Source: Roseofilum acuticapitatum BLCC-M154
GTDB taxonomy: Bacteria; Cyanobacteriota; Cyanobacteriia; Cyanobacteriales; Desertifilaceae
DNA: 32,000 nt
Assembly (NCBI RefSeq): GCF_030068475.1
Contig: NZ_JAQOSP010000148.1
Coordinates: 56,991-88,990 of the forward strand
Direction of reading: 5' to 3'
Shown piece after piece: positions 18,545 to 26,130 of this stretch. Positions within the stretch are counted from its first letter, which is position 1. The number at the start of each line of letters is the position of its first letter. The notes under the pieces were generated by a model. It searched no databases and was not told the DNA's origin. It saw only the letters and a program-made list of their open reading frames with translations. The translations under genes and the position numbers were made by a program.

Positions 18545-19810
18545 GTGAGTCCAGAAACGTTAACCCAGACCGATGCGCCCCAGGTTTCAGACCATGCTTA
18601 TGATCCATCGGAGTTTAACCAGTATGTAATGTCTACTTATGGGCGGTTTCCGATCGCCCTCAAACAAGGAAAAGGCTGCTTGGTTTGGGATACTCAAGGT
18701 CGCGAATATTTGGATTTTGTGGCCGGAATTGCCACCTGTACGTTGGGTCATGCCCATCCCGCTTTAGTAGAAACGGTAACTCAACAGATTAGCAAGCTCC
18801 ATCATGTGTCGAATCTGTACTATATCCAAGAACAGGGGGATTTAGCTAAATGGTTAGTCGAGCATTCCTGTGCCGATCGCGCCTTTTTCTGTAATTCGGG
18901 GGCAGAAGCCAATGAAGGGGCGATTAAATTGGCCCGCAAATATGCCCATACGGTACTGAACATTGAAGACCCAGTAATTCTGACGGCAAAAGCGAGTTTT
19001 CATGGTCGTACTTTAGCCACGATCACGGCAACCGGCCAAGCCAAATACCAAAAAGGATTTAGTCCCCTGGTTCCGGGCTTTGCCTATGTGCCCTATAACG
19101 ATTTTGAAGCGGTCAAAGAGGCGATCGCCTCCCTGGATAGCTCAGAACGGCGCGTGGCGGCGATTTTACTCGAAGCCTTACAGGGTGAAGGGGGCGTGCG
19201 TCCAGGAGAATTGGAGTATTTCCTGCGCTTGCGTCAGTTGTGCGATCAGACCGGAATTTTACTGATCCTGGATGAGGTGCAAGTGGGTATGGGACGCACG
19301 GGGAAACTCTGGGGGTACGAGAATTTGGGCATTGAACCGGATATCTTTACCTCAGCCAAAGGGTTAGCGGGGGGTATTCCCATTGGTGCGCTGCTCTGTA
19401 AGCAGTCCTGTGATGTATTTGAGCCGGGGAATCATGCCAGCACGTTTGGTGGTAACCCCTTTGCTTGTGCCGCAGCCCTGACGGTGTGCCAAACCGTGGA
19501 GCAGGATCGGTTGCTTCAAAATGTACAAGAGCGGGGCGAACAATTGCGGAAAGGCTTGCGGGCGATCGCCGCTAAATATCCCCAACTCATTGCTGAGGTG
19601 CGCGGATGGGGGCTAATTAATGGTATGGAACTGCAAGCGGAGATTCCCTTAACTTCCATTGAAATTGTGAAAACCGCCATGGAACAAGGGGTGCTACTGG
19701 TTCCCGCAGGGCCAAAGGTAGTGCGGTTTGTACCGCCGTTGATTGTGTCTGCGGAGGAGATCGATCGGGCAGTTGCGGAGGTGGAAAAGGCGATCGCCAG
19801 TCTTACCTAA
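18545..19810 (+). CDS. argD: Acetylornithine aminotransferase (class III PLP aminotransferase)
   Basis: 421-aa ORF with a GTG start preceded by GAGGAAA. Typical ArgD stretches are present: YVMSTYGRFPI, GKGCLVWDTQGREYLDF, GIATCTLGHAHP, FFCNSGAEANEGAIKLARKY, LILDEVQVGMGRTGKLW, FTSAKGLAGGIPIGA. The region is HIP1-rich and visibly more GC-rich than the PKS genes. Confidence 0.9.
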   Translation: MSPETLTQTDAPQVSDHAYDPSEFNQYVMSTYGRFPIALKQGKGCLVWDTQGREYLDFVAGIATCTLGHAHPALVETVTQQISKLHHVSNLYYIQEQGDLAKWLVEHSCADRAFFCNSGAEANEGAIKLARKYAHTVLNIEDPVILTAKASFHGRTLATITATGQAKYQKGFSPLVPGFAYVPYNDFEAVKEAIASLDSSERRVAAILLEALQGEGGVRPGELEYFLRLRQLCDQTGILLILDEVQVGMGRTGKLWGYENLGIEPDIFTSAKGLAGGIPIGALLCKQSCDVFEPGNHASTFGGNPFACAAALTVCQTVEQDRLLQNVQERGEQLRKGLRAIAAKYPQLIAEVRGWGLINGMELQAEIPLTSIEIVKTAMEQGVLLVPAGPKVVRFVPPLIVSAEEIDRAVAEVEKAIASLT

Positions 19811-19822
19811 ACCGAATCACCC

Positions 19823-19850
19823 GTAGGGGCGAAGGGCCCTTCGCCCCTAC
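19823..19850. repeat. 28-nt perfect palindrome GTAGGGGCGAAGGGCCCTTCGCCCCTAC (dispersed family; possible argD terminator hairpin)
   Basis: Perfect 14+14 inverted repeat 13 nt after the argD stop. A sister copy lies at 22218-22245. Both share the 3' flank AG(T/C)TATGT. Confidence 0.8.
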
Positions 19851-19873
19851 AGTTATGTATAATTTTGATTATT

Positions 19874-20467
19874 ATGGAAGAACTACCGAAAATCAAATTT
19901 CTGCAACAGCCGACATCTGAGGCTTGGGTTCAACAGGCGATCGCCAACTTGAATACCATCCTCTTAGATCATTCCCACTGCGAGCGCAAAGCAGCCGGAG
20001 TCGCTCTAAACCTGATGTTCCGCTATCCCTCCAGTCAGGTGCTGGTGAGGAAGCTAACGGCGATCGCCCGCGAAGAACTCGAACACTTTGAACAAGTCAA
20101 TCAATGGTTAGAGCGCCTCAATATTCCCCTCGCTCCCCTCTCGGCTCCTCCCTACGCTGCCGGATTAAAAGCCCAAATTCGCCCCACTGAACCGGAAAGA
20201 ATGCTCGATTCTCTGTTGATTTCTGCCCTGATTGAAGCCCGTTCCCACGAGCGTCTCGGATTGCTTGCTAACCATCTCCCCCAACCCCAACTCGCCCAAT
20301 TTTATCGCTCTTTAATGGCTTCTGAAGCTCGCCATTATGGAGTCTACTGGATCTTAGCCACCACCTATTTCGACCGGGAAGTTGTCCAAACTCGCCTAGA
20401 TGCTCTGGCACAAATTGAAAGTGATTTACTCTCTACCTTGCATCCAGAACCACGCATTCATAGTTAG
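19874..20467 (+). CDS. miaE: tRNA-(ms2io6A37) hydroxylase MiaE (ferritin-like di-iron protein)
   Basis: Matches the MiaE pattern as I remember it: LLDHSHCERKAAGVALNLMFRYP, REELEHFEQV, ALIEARSHERL, SEARHY. The ORF track begins at a TTG (19865); I prefer the first ATG at 19874 (MEELPKIKF...). Confidence 0.8.
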   Translation: MEELPKIKFLQQPTSEAWVQQAIANLNTILLDHSHCERKAAGVALNLMFRYPSSQVLVRKLTAIAREELEHFEQVNQWLERLNIPLAPLSAPPYAAGLKAQIRPTEPERMLDSLLISALIEARSHERLGLLANHLPQPQLAQFYRSLMASEARHYGVYWILATTYFDREVVQTRLDALAQIESDLLSTLHPEPRIHS

Positions 20468-20471
20468 AGAG

Positions 20472-21677
20472 TTATTCTATAGCTTTTTGATAATATCGGG
20501 CGGCTGCCGTGCTATCCCATTCTAATAAATCGGTGCGATCGAGTACCATCATTTTCCGGGGACGAACGGGAGAATAGCCTAAAGCGTTACCAATTTCAGC
20601 AGCAACAGCTTTGGCTAAAAACGGCGGGACTGAATTCCCCACTTGTCGAAATCCGTGCCATTTGGTGCGATGAAATCTGAACCAGTCGGGGTAAGAATGG
20701 AGCCGTGCAGCTTCGCGAACAGTGATACATCTGGGTTCAAAGGGATGGATGGGACGGGGAGAAGTGTATGCGCCGCGATCGCCTGGTGTCCCTGCTCTTA
20801 AGGTATTACAGAGTCCCTGGGGATCGAGTCTCAAAAAATGACTAATGGGTTCAATTTTTCCGGGAAGTGTTGCCTTAAATCGTTGGATAGATTCAGGAGT
20901 ATGACGAGTTTTTAAGCTAGAAGTTAACAGAGTTTTATCATATTTTCTCGGATAAGAATAATCATCAGATAATCGAAATATTCCATGTAACAATTTACCA
21001 TACTCAGTATGGTTTCTAAATGCTGCTTTCACCCAATCTTGAGTTTCTAGTTCTGGATATCGAGAGATTTTGGGTAACCCTTCTATAGCATCATAAACTG
21101 TCGGATAAGAATCAAAATAGGTTAAGGGTTGGGGATAGGAAGGAAGCTCTAAATCTTGATGACATCCGACTAAAAACAGTCGTTCCCGATTTTGAGGTAC
21201 GCCATAATCGCGAGCATTTAAAAGTTTATAATGCACTTGATAACCATGGAAAGCAAACTTTTCCATAATTTCTGCAATAAATAAACGATGGTGTCCCATC
21301 ACCATACCTTTAACATTTTCTAAGACAAAAAAATTAGGTTTCAGTTGATCGACAAGGCGGATAAAATGATAAACTAAACTGTTGCGTGGATCGTCTAATG
21401 CCCGTTTACCAATCACAGAAAATCCTTGACAAGGAGGGCCACCAAAAACCACATCAATTCGTTTTCTGCCAATGGTAGATTTTTCTCGAATTTCTGCTGC
21501 TGCGATCTGGGAAATATCCGCGCACAGAACTGTCCAATGGGGGAAATTATATTCATGAACTCCGCAGTGAATGGGGTCTATTTCTACAGATGCCAAAACA
21601 TCAAACCCTGCTTGCTCAAAACCTAGGGTCATTCCTCCTGCACCGGCAAATAAATCTACAGCGATCGGTCTAGACAC
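20472..21677 (-). CDS. DNA (cytosine-5)-methyltransferase, solitary (no adjacent restriction endonuclease recognised)
   Basis: m5C-MTase motifs: I DLFAGAGGMTLGF, IV GGPPCQGFS, VI LENVKGM, VIII QNRERLF, X GNSVPP. The longest ORF starts at a TTG (21743) and has no ATG before motif I. I prefer the GTG at 21677 (M-SRPIAVDLFAGAGG), which sits about 31 nt downstream of a minus-strand TATAAT (21713-21708). This start also avoids overlap with the divergent gene. The start remains uncertain. Confidence 0.85.
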   Translation of the reverse strand: MSRPIAVDLFAGAGGMTLGFEQAGFDVLASVEIDPIHCGVHEYNFPHWTVLCADISQIAAAEIREKSTIGRKRIDVVFGGPPCQGFSVIGKRALDDPRNSLVYHFIRLVDQLKPNFFVLENVKGMVMGHHRLFIAEIMEKFAFHGYQVHYKLLNARDYGVPQNRERLFLVGCHQDLELPSYPQPLTYFDSYPTVYDAIEGLPKISRYPELETQDWVKAAFRNHTEYGKLLHGIFRLSDDYSYPRKYDKTLLTSSLKTRHTPESIQRFKATLPGKIEPISHFLRLDPQGLCNTLRAGTPGDRGAYTSPRPIHPFEPRCITVREAARLHSYPDWFRFHRTKWHGFRQVGNSVPPFLAKAVAAEIGNALGYSPVRPRKMMVLDRTDLLEWDSTAAARYYQKAIE

Positions 21678-21728
21678 AGTTTTGAAACACTGATCGGATA
21701 ACGGTCTATTATAGCATAATTGAGTGAA

Positions 21729-22091
21729 ATGAAAAGAGGTCAAATCATGCGGCGATCGCTCCTGCCCCTAGTGCTTTTAAGCCTCAGTCTTTTTTTATCC
21801 TTTAATTTAGCCGCTAGTCCCGGAAAAACAGAAGAAAGCATTAATCCCGAAAATTGTAGTTTTCAGGGTATCAAGCTCTATGGAAATGTACAAATCGTCG
21901 AGCATTTTCCCGATATTCAGGTACAGGTGGTTGAGTCCTTCCCGGATCTCAAGGTTAAATGGGTCGAGCATTTTCCTGATGCTTGTGGCAAATGGAAGCA
22001 GGTCGAACATTTTCCAGATTTTAAGATTCAATATGTAACGAGTTTCCCGGATGTGAAAATCAAGACCGTTGAATCTTTTCCTGGTATATAG
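21729..22091 (+). CDS. Small secreted protein made of tandem 11-residue (V-E-H/S-F-P-D-x-K-V/I-x-x) repeats
   Basis: N-terminal signal-peptide-like MKRGQIMRRSLLPLVLLSLSLFLSFNLAAS. Then VEHFPDIQVQV / VESFPDLKVKW / VEHFPDACGKWKQ / VEHFPDFKIQY / VTSFPDVKIKT / VESFPGI. The start could instead be ATG 21747 or the TTG at 21720. Confidence 0.6.
   Translation: MKRGQIMRRSLLPLVLLSLSLFLSFNLAASPGKTEESINPENCSFQGIKLYGNVQIVEHFPDIQVQVVESFPDLKVKWVEHFPDACGKWKQVEHFPDFKIQYVTSFPDVKIKTVESFPGI
21897..22088 (+). repeat. Six tandem coding repeats (33, 33, 39, 33, 33 and 21 nt) each starting GT(C/T/A)(G/A)A(G/A/C)...TT(T/C)CC
   Basis: Seen directly: gtcgagcattttcccgat..., gttgagtccttcccggat..., gtcgagcattttcctgat..., gtcgaacattttccagat..., gtaacgagtttcccggat..., gttgaatcttttcctggt.... 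Confidence 0.8.
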
Positions 22092-22381
22092 CAAACCTAA
22101 ATGAGTTGTGTAATGGCTGCCCCTCATCCCCCTGCCCCCTTCTCCCGCAGGAGAAGGGGGTAATATCAAATCTAAAACAGAATGCTACATATCAATCGAC
22201 AACAACGGTATATGTAGGTAGGGGCGAGCGGCCGCTCGCCCCTACAGCTATGTCTCATTCTTATGCCAATTGACTATATGTAGCAAACATTTAAGGATTT
22301 GATATAAAGTCCCTCTCCCAGTGGGAGAGGGATATAGGGAGAGGGCTTTTTCTATTTCACAACTCATTTAGACTAGCTATA
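22087..22381. repeat. About 295-bp nested-palindrome, MITE-like element between convergent genes
   Basis: Terminal inverted repeats are TATAGCAAACCTAAATGAGTTGTG (22087-22110) and the reverse complement of 22358-22381 (TATAGCTAGTCTAAATGAGTTGTG), 21/24 identical. Inner inverted repeat: ATATCAAATC at 22163-22172 with 22296-22305. Hairpins at 22135-22160 and 22311-22331. Central palindrome at 22218-22245. Confidence 0.5.
22218..22245. repeat. 28-nt perfect palindrome GTAGGGGCGAGCGGCCGCTCGCCCCTAC (second copy of the family)
   Basis: Perfect 14+14 inverted repeat at the centre of the 22087-22381 element. The arms are identical to the 19823 copy apart from the central 8 nt. Confidence 0.8.
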
Positions 22382-22429
22382 GAGTTTTAACCACAAAGAC
22401 ACGAAGGAACACGAAGGTTTAGAGTTTGT

Positions 22430-24766
22430 TTAATCGGCAATCGAAAAACCTCTACGGGTTCGTTTTAGTGGAGCTTCCTGCACTTGAAAAATGATCCGAT
22501 CGCGTTCTTCTCCTACTGCCGTTTTCACCTCTAGCTCCCAACTGCCGAGTTTCATGTTCCAAAATAGAGAATTGGTTGTAGTTGTGGCGATTTTATCCCC
22601 ATTTAACCACCATTCTACCGGTTCTTCGAGTTTACCCGCTAGTTTGAATTCTAGGCGATTGTCCTGTTCTGCTTGGGGAGAGAGCAAGAAATAATCATCA
22701 TTTGAAGGAAAGACAATTCTTAGGTTTCCTTGCCATTGGTTTTGGGGCTGTTGGGAGAGCCATTCATTATATTCTGGAGGTAGTTCTAGGGGCTGGTTTT
22801 GAGTGTTTGATGTTTGGATATCTTCGGGATAGAGATATTCTAAAACAATGGCAGAAGGACAGGTAGGAGTGGGTTTGAAACCTGCCCCTACATCGGGTTG
22901 AAATTGGGATAAATTCTCCCCCATAATTTGTCCGGTAACGGCACAAATGGGGTGCTGAACCAAACCGGATGGGGGTGCAAAATCAGCAGGTTCTCTAGTT
23001 TCGTGTAAATGTTGCATAATGCGATGCCAGAGGGGGGCTGCACCCATAACTCCGGAGACTTGTTGCATGGCGGTTCCGTCAAAGTTGCCCACCCAGGTGG
23101 CAACGGTATAATCGGTGCTAAAGCCGACAGTCCAGGTATCGCGATAGTCGGAGGATGTACCGGTTTTGACGGCAGTGGGAAAGGGCAAGTTTAATACTGA
23201 GTCTACCCCAAAACTGGTGGCACGGGCATGGCGATCGCCGAGCATCTCCCGCACCAGTTCCCAAGATGTCGTCTCTGGGGGCGTTTTTGCTGCTTCCGTT
23301 TCTTCGCCAAAATAGGTGACTAAAGGCACGGCTTTACCATGATGGGCCAATCGCAAATAAGCCCTCGCCAACTCCCACAAGCTGACCTCCCCACTGCCCA
23401 AAGTTAAGCCTAAACCATAGTATTCTGGCTCATGGCTTAGGTGGGTGAATCCCAACTCTCGCAAGTGATTGAGGAATACGGGAACCCCCACTTCTTCCAA
23501 CACGCGGACGGCGGGCACATTCAGGGAATTAGCCAGGGCTAAACGCACCCGCACCGGCCCTAAAAAGGTTTCGCTATAGTCCACGGGTTTGTATAGTTTC
23601 GCTCCAGGTATGGCGTAAGTGGTGGGCACGTCTGCGAGGATGGTTTGGGGACGGATAACCTGTTGTTCGAGGGCGAGTTGGTAGAGGAAGGGCTTCAGGG
23701 TTGAACCCGGTTGGCGCAAAGCTTGTACGCCATCATTTTGCCCCTGTTGGCTGTCGTTAAAGTAGTTGGGAGACCCCACATAGGCAAGGACTTCTCCGGT
23801 ATGATTATCAATGACCAGGGCGGCTGCATGGTGGACTCGTTGGGGTGCGAGAGCGTCCACGACTTGCTGCACTTGAGTGGCGACAAACTGCTGGAGGGCG
23901 CTATCTAGGGTGGTGCGGATGGTTCCTCCTTGGGTGCTGGGGAGCTGCTGGGCAACCCAGAAGAGGAAATGGGGAGCGGCGAGGATTCCCTGTTGTCGCG
24001 ATCGCAGATAAACTTGTTCACTATAAGCCCGTTCTGCGTCTAATTCCGTAATCATTTTATCCGCCACCATTCGGTCTAAAACATAACGCTGCCGGGTTTT
24101 CAGGGCTTGCCAATGGTGGTAGGGGTCGAGGTCGATGGGGTCATTGGGCAGGGATGCCAGCAGGGTCGCCTGTGCCAGATTTAACTCCGCAGCCGGAAGC
24201 CCAAAATAGCTCCGAGCCGCCGCTTCCACCCCATAAAGGTTACTCCCCATGGGCAGGCGGTTAATATACGCAGCCAGAACTGTATCCTTATCCATTCCCG
24301 CACTTAAGCGCCAAGATGTCCAAATCTCACCCACTTTATGGGGGAGAGTGCGGGGAGTTGGATGGAGCATCCGCGCCAGTTGCATCGTAATAGTAGAAGC
24401 TCCGCTCACAATTTCTCTCGCTTGAAGCGCTTCTAAAATAGCACGAGAAACCGCCATAAAATCCACCGAACCATGTTGATAATAGCGCTTATCTTCCGCC
24501 GCAATAATCCCTTGAATAAAGTAGGGGGAAATCTCATCCAGGGGAACCACCATCGTATGGTCTTGGTCGCGGGTGAGCAGGGTTCCCAAGGGCAGTCCAT
24601 GACGGTCTTCAAAGGTGAGTGCGCCATCAGTTTGGGCGATATCTTGGGCGCGAATGGGGATGAGATAGGGTACAGAGCGGAGAGTTAAGCAGAGTAAAAT
24701 TACACCGATGAGGATGCGGAAGGGGAGTTTATATTGTCCATGCCATAATTTACGGAAGTATTGCAT
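22430..24766 (-). CDS. pbpC: Penicillin-binding protein 1C (bifunctional glycosyltransferase/transpeptidase)
   Basis: 778 aa with an N-terminal membrane anchor. GT51 motifs: AAEDKRYYQHGSVD, GASTITMQLARM. Transpeptidase motifs: GSTLKP (SxxK), NSLN (SxN), KTGTS (KTG). The length and the long C-terminal beta-rich extension are typical of the PBP1C subclass. Confidence 0.85.
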   Translation of the reverse strand: MQYFRKLWHGQYKLPFRILIGVILLCLTLRSVPYLIPIRAQDIAQTDGALTFEDRHGLPLGTLLTRDQDHTMVVPLDEISPYFIQGIIAAEDKRYYQHGSVDFMAVSRAILEALQAREIVSGASTITMQLARMLHPTPRTLPHKVGEIWTSWRLSAGMDKDTVLAAYINRLPMGSNLYGVEAAARSYFGLPAAELNLAQATLLASLPNDPIDLDPYHHWQALKTRQRYVLDRMVADKMITELDAERAYSEQVYLRSRQQGILAAPHFLFWVAQQLPSTQGGTIRTTLDSALQQFVATQVQQVVDALAPQRVHHAAALVIDNHTGEVLAYVGSPNYFNDSQQGQNDGVQALRQPGSTLKPFLYQLALEQQVIRPQTILADVPTTYAIPGAKLYKPVDYSETFLGPVRVRLALANSLNVPAVRVLEEVGVPVFLNHLRELGFTHLSHEPEYYGLGLTLGSGEVSLWELARAYLRLAHHGKAVPLVTYFGEETEAAKTPPETTSWELVREMLGDRHARATSFGVDSVLNLPFPTAVKTGTSSDYRDTWTVGFSTDYTVATWVGNFDGTAMQQVSGVMGAAPLWHRIMQHLHETREPADFAPPSGLVQHPICAVTGQIMGENLSQFQPDVGAGFKPTPTCPSAIVLEYLYPEDIQTSNTQNQPLELPPEYNEWLSQQPQNQWQGNLRIVFPSNDDYFLLSPQAEQDNRLEFKLAGKLEEPVEWWLNGDKIATTTTNSLFWNMKLGSWELEVKTAVGEERDRIIFQVQEAPLKRTRRGFSIAD

Positions 24767-24809
24767 AATTCACCCATAAAGTATTGACGTTCAGAAGGAG
24801 CGCATCATC

Positions 24810-25259
24810 ATGATTCATTACAGAGCAGCAGAGCAAACTGATTTAGAGATCATTTTACAACTGGTGCAAGAATTTCATCACAGTGAAAAACTAGGGTTTG
24901 ATGAAAAACTCGATGCTCAGGCTTTAGAAGAGTTAATCAGCGATTCATCTTTAGGGAAACTGTTGCTGATTCAACAAGACGATGAAATCATTGGCTATGT
25001 TATTATAGCTTGGGGTTATAGTCTGGAATTCAGAGGCAGAGATGCATTTATCGATGAATTTTATCTGAGACCCCAGTACCGTCAACAGGGCATCGGGACT
25101 CAAACTTTATCATTGGTCGAGAAGACCTGTCAAGAGTTAGGAATACAAGCGCTGCATCTAGAAGTTGATTTTGAAAATCCTAATGCACAACGTCTTTATC
25201 ACCGAGTTGGATATCAACGCCATAATCGTTTTTTGATGACGAAAATATTAGATAATTAG
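24810..25259 (+). CDS. GNAT family N-acetyltransferase
   Basis: 149 aa. Acetyl-CoA binding motif A: LRPQYRQQGIGTQTL. C-terminal segment NAQRLYHRVGY. GAAGGAG ribosome-binding site upstream. Confidence 0.85.
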   Translation: MIHYRAAEQTDLEIILQLVQEFHHSEKLGFDEKLDAQALEELISDSSLGKLLLIQQDDEIIGYVIIAWGYSLEFRGRDAFIDEFYLRPQYRQQGIGTQTLSLVEKTCQELGIQALHLEVDFENPNAQRLYHRVGYQRHNRFLMTKILDN

Positions 25260-25313
25260 ATCGGGCGCAGTTCACATCCTAAGCTGTGTTACTATAGCAA
25301 GTAGAATTTACAG

Positions 25314-25319
25314 TATAAT
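25314..25319 (+). promoter_or_regulatory. Candidate -10 box (TATAAT) for the 92-aa/PIN/RHH cassette
   Basis: Perfect TATAAT 29 nt upstream of the ATG at 25349, with GAGG in between. There is no convincing -35. Confidence 0.3.
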
Positions 25320-25348
25320 ATTGAAGGCAATCTAGAGGTTAATGATTT

Positions 25349-25627
25349 ATGGCACGACAAGTTGAACAAGCAGTACGCCAAGCGAAAGCTTACTTTGAAC
25401 AACTTTTGCCTCAGTTGGGGGAAGGGATTGAAGACTTGAGACTCGAAGAAGTGGAATTTTCCGAAGATAAATGGCTGATTACTTTGGGATATACCCGTCC
25501 AACTAAAATCAAGCCTAATCCCCTATTACCTGTTACCGATAACCGGCAATATGAACGAGTCTATAAGATATTTACAATTAACTCAAGAACGAATGAAGTT
25601 GAATCGATGAAAATCCGAGAGTTATGA
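25349..25627 (+). CDS. Hypothetical 92-aa protein (helix + three predicted beta-strands), first gene of a coupled three-gene cassette
   Basis: ATG preceded by GAGG. The stop overlaps the next gene's start (ATGA, 4-nt overlap at 25624-25627). I recognise no family. The layout EEVEFSEDKWLITLGY...YKIFTINSRTNEVESMKI is vaguely PepSY-like. Confidence 0.6.
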   Translation: MARQVEQAVRQAKAYFEQLLPQLGEGIEDLRLEEVEFSEDKWLITLGYTRPTKIKPNPLLPVTDNRQYERVYKIFTINSRTNEVESMKIREL

Positions 25628-26130
25628 TCGATGAAATTGCCGAATTTTATAAACAATATCGACACAAAGGAATTTTGATTGATACGAATATTCTGATTCT
25701 CTGGGTCGTAGGTACAGTCAACCGAGAACGGATTTCTCGATTTAATCGAACCAAAACGTTTACGCCCAATGACTATGATATATTATCACAACTCCTTGAT
25801 TATTTTAGCAGAGTCGTTACTACTCCCCATATTCTGACAGAAGTCAATAGCCTGATGAATACATTGGGAGAACCAGAACGCTCTACTGGCCTACAAATCT
25901 TAGGTGAAGCCCTACAAAATTCCGATAAAGTTCATGAGGAATATCGAGAAAGTTCCCAAATTATGCAGAATAATCAATTTTATAAGTTTGGCTTAACAGA
26001 TTGTGGAATTATGGAAGTTTGCCAAGGTCGATATTTGGTTTTAACTGATGATTTTAAGTTGGCGGGTTATTTATTTTCACAAAATATAGATACGATTAAT
26101 TTTAATCATATTCGAGGATTATTAAAGTAA
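25624..26130 (+). CDS. PIN-domain ribonuclease-like protein (VapC-like, enlarged)
   Basis: 168 aa with a canonical PIN acidic quartet in the expected contexts: D20 (GILIDTNILI), E73 (HILTEVNSL), D126 (GLTDCGI), D142/D143 (VLTDDFKL). It overlaps both neighbours (ATGA upstream, TAATG downstream). Confidence 0.8.
   Translation: MIDEIAEFYKQYRHKGILIDTNILILWVVGTVNRERISRFNRTKTFTPNDYDILSQLLDYFSRVVTTPHILTEVNSLMNTLGEPERSTGLQILGEALQNSDKVHEEYRESSQIMQNNQFYKFGLTDCGIMEVCQGRYLVLTDDFKLAGYLFSQNIDTINFNHIRGLLK

Noticed and set aside
18545-19810. argD as a tailoring aminotransferase of the PKS-NRPS cluster (for example beta-amino acid formation)
   Set aside because: The sequence carries the typical acetylornithine aminotransferase stretches throughout, is divergently transcribed, and has the HIP1-rich, GC-richer composition of core genes. 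It is more likely the cluster boundary. I cannot formally exclude recruitment.
21807-22169. 120-aa minus-strand ORF antisense to the FPD-repeat gene
   Set aside because: Its periodicity is only the mirror of the plus-strand repeats. Its N-terminus (MILPPSPAGEGGRG) is translated from the intergenic G/C hairpin repeat. The plus-strand ORF has a signal peptide and a coherent amphipathic repeat.
24810-25259. GNAT gene as a GNAT-RHH (TacT/AtaT-type) toxin paired with the RHH protein at 26130
   Set aside because: The two are separated by two other genes. The GNAT has its own 89-bp upstream spacer and RBS, and in known GNAT-RHH pairs the antitoxin is directly adjacent. This looks like an ordinary small acetyltransferase.
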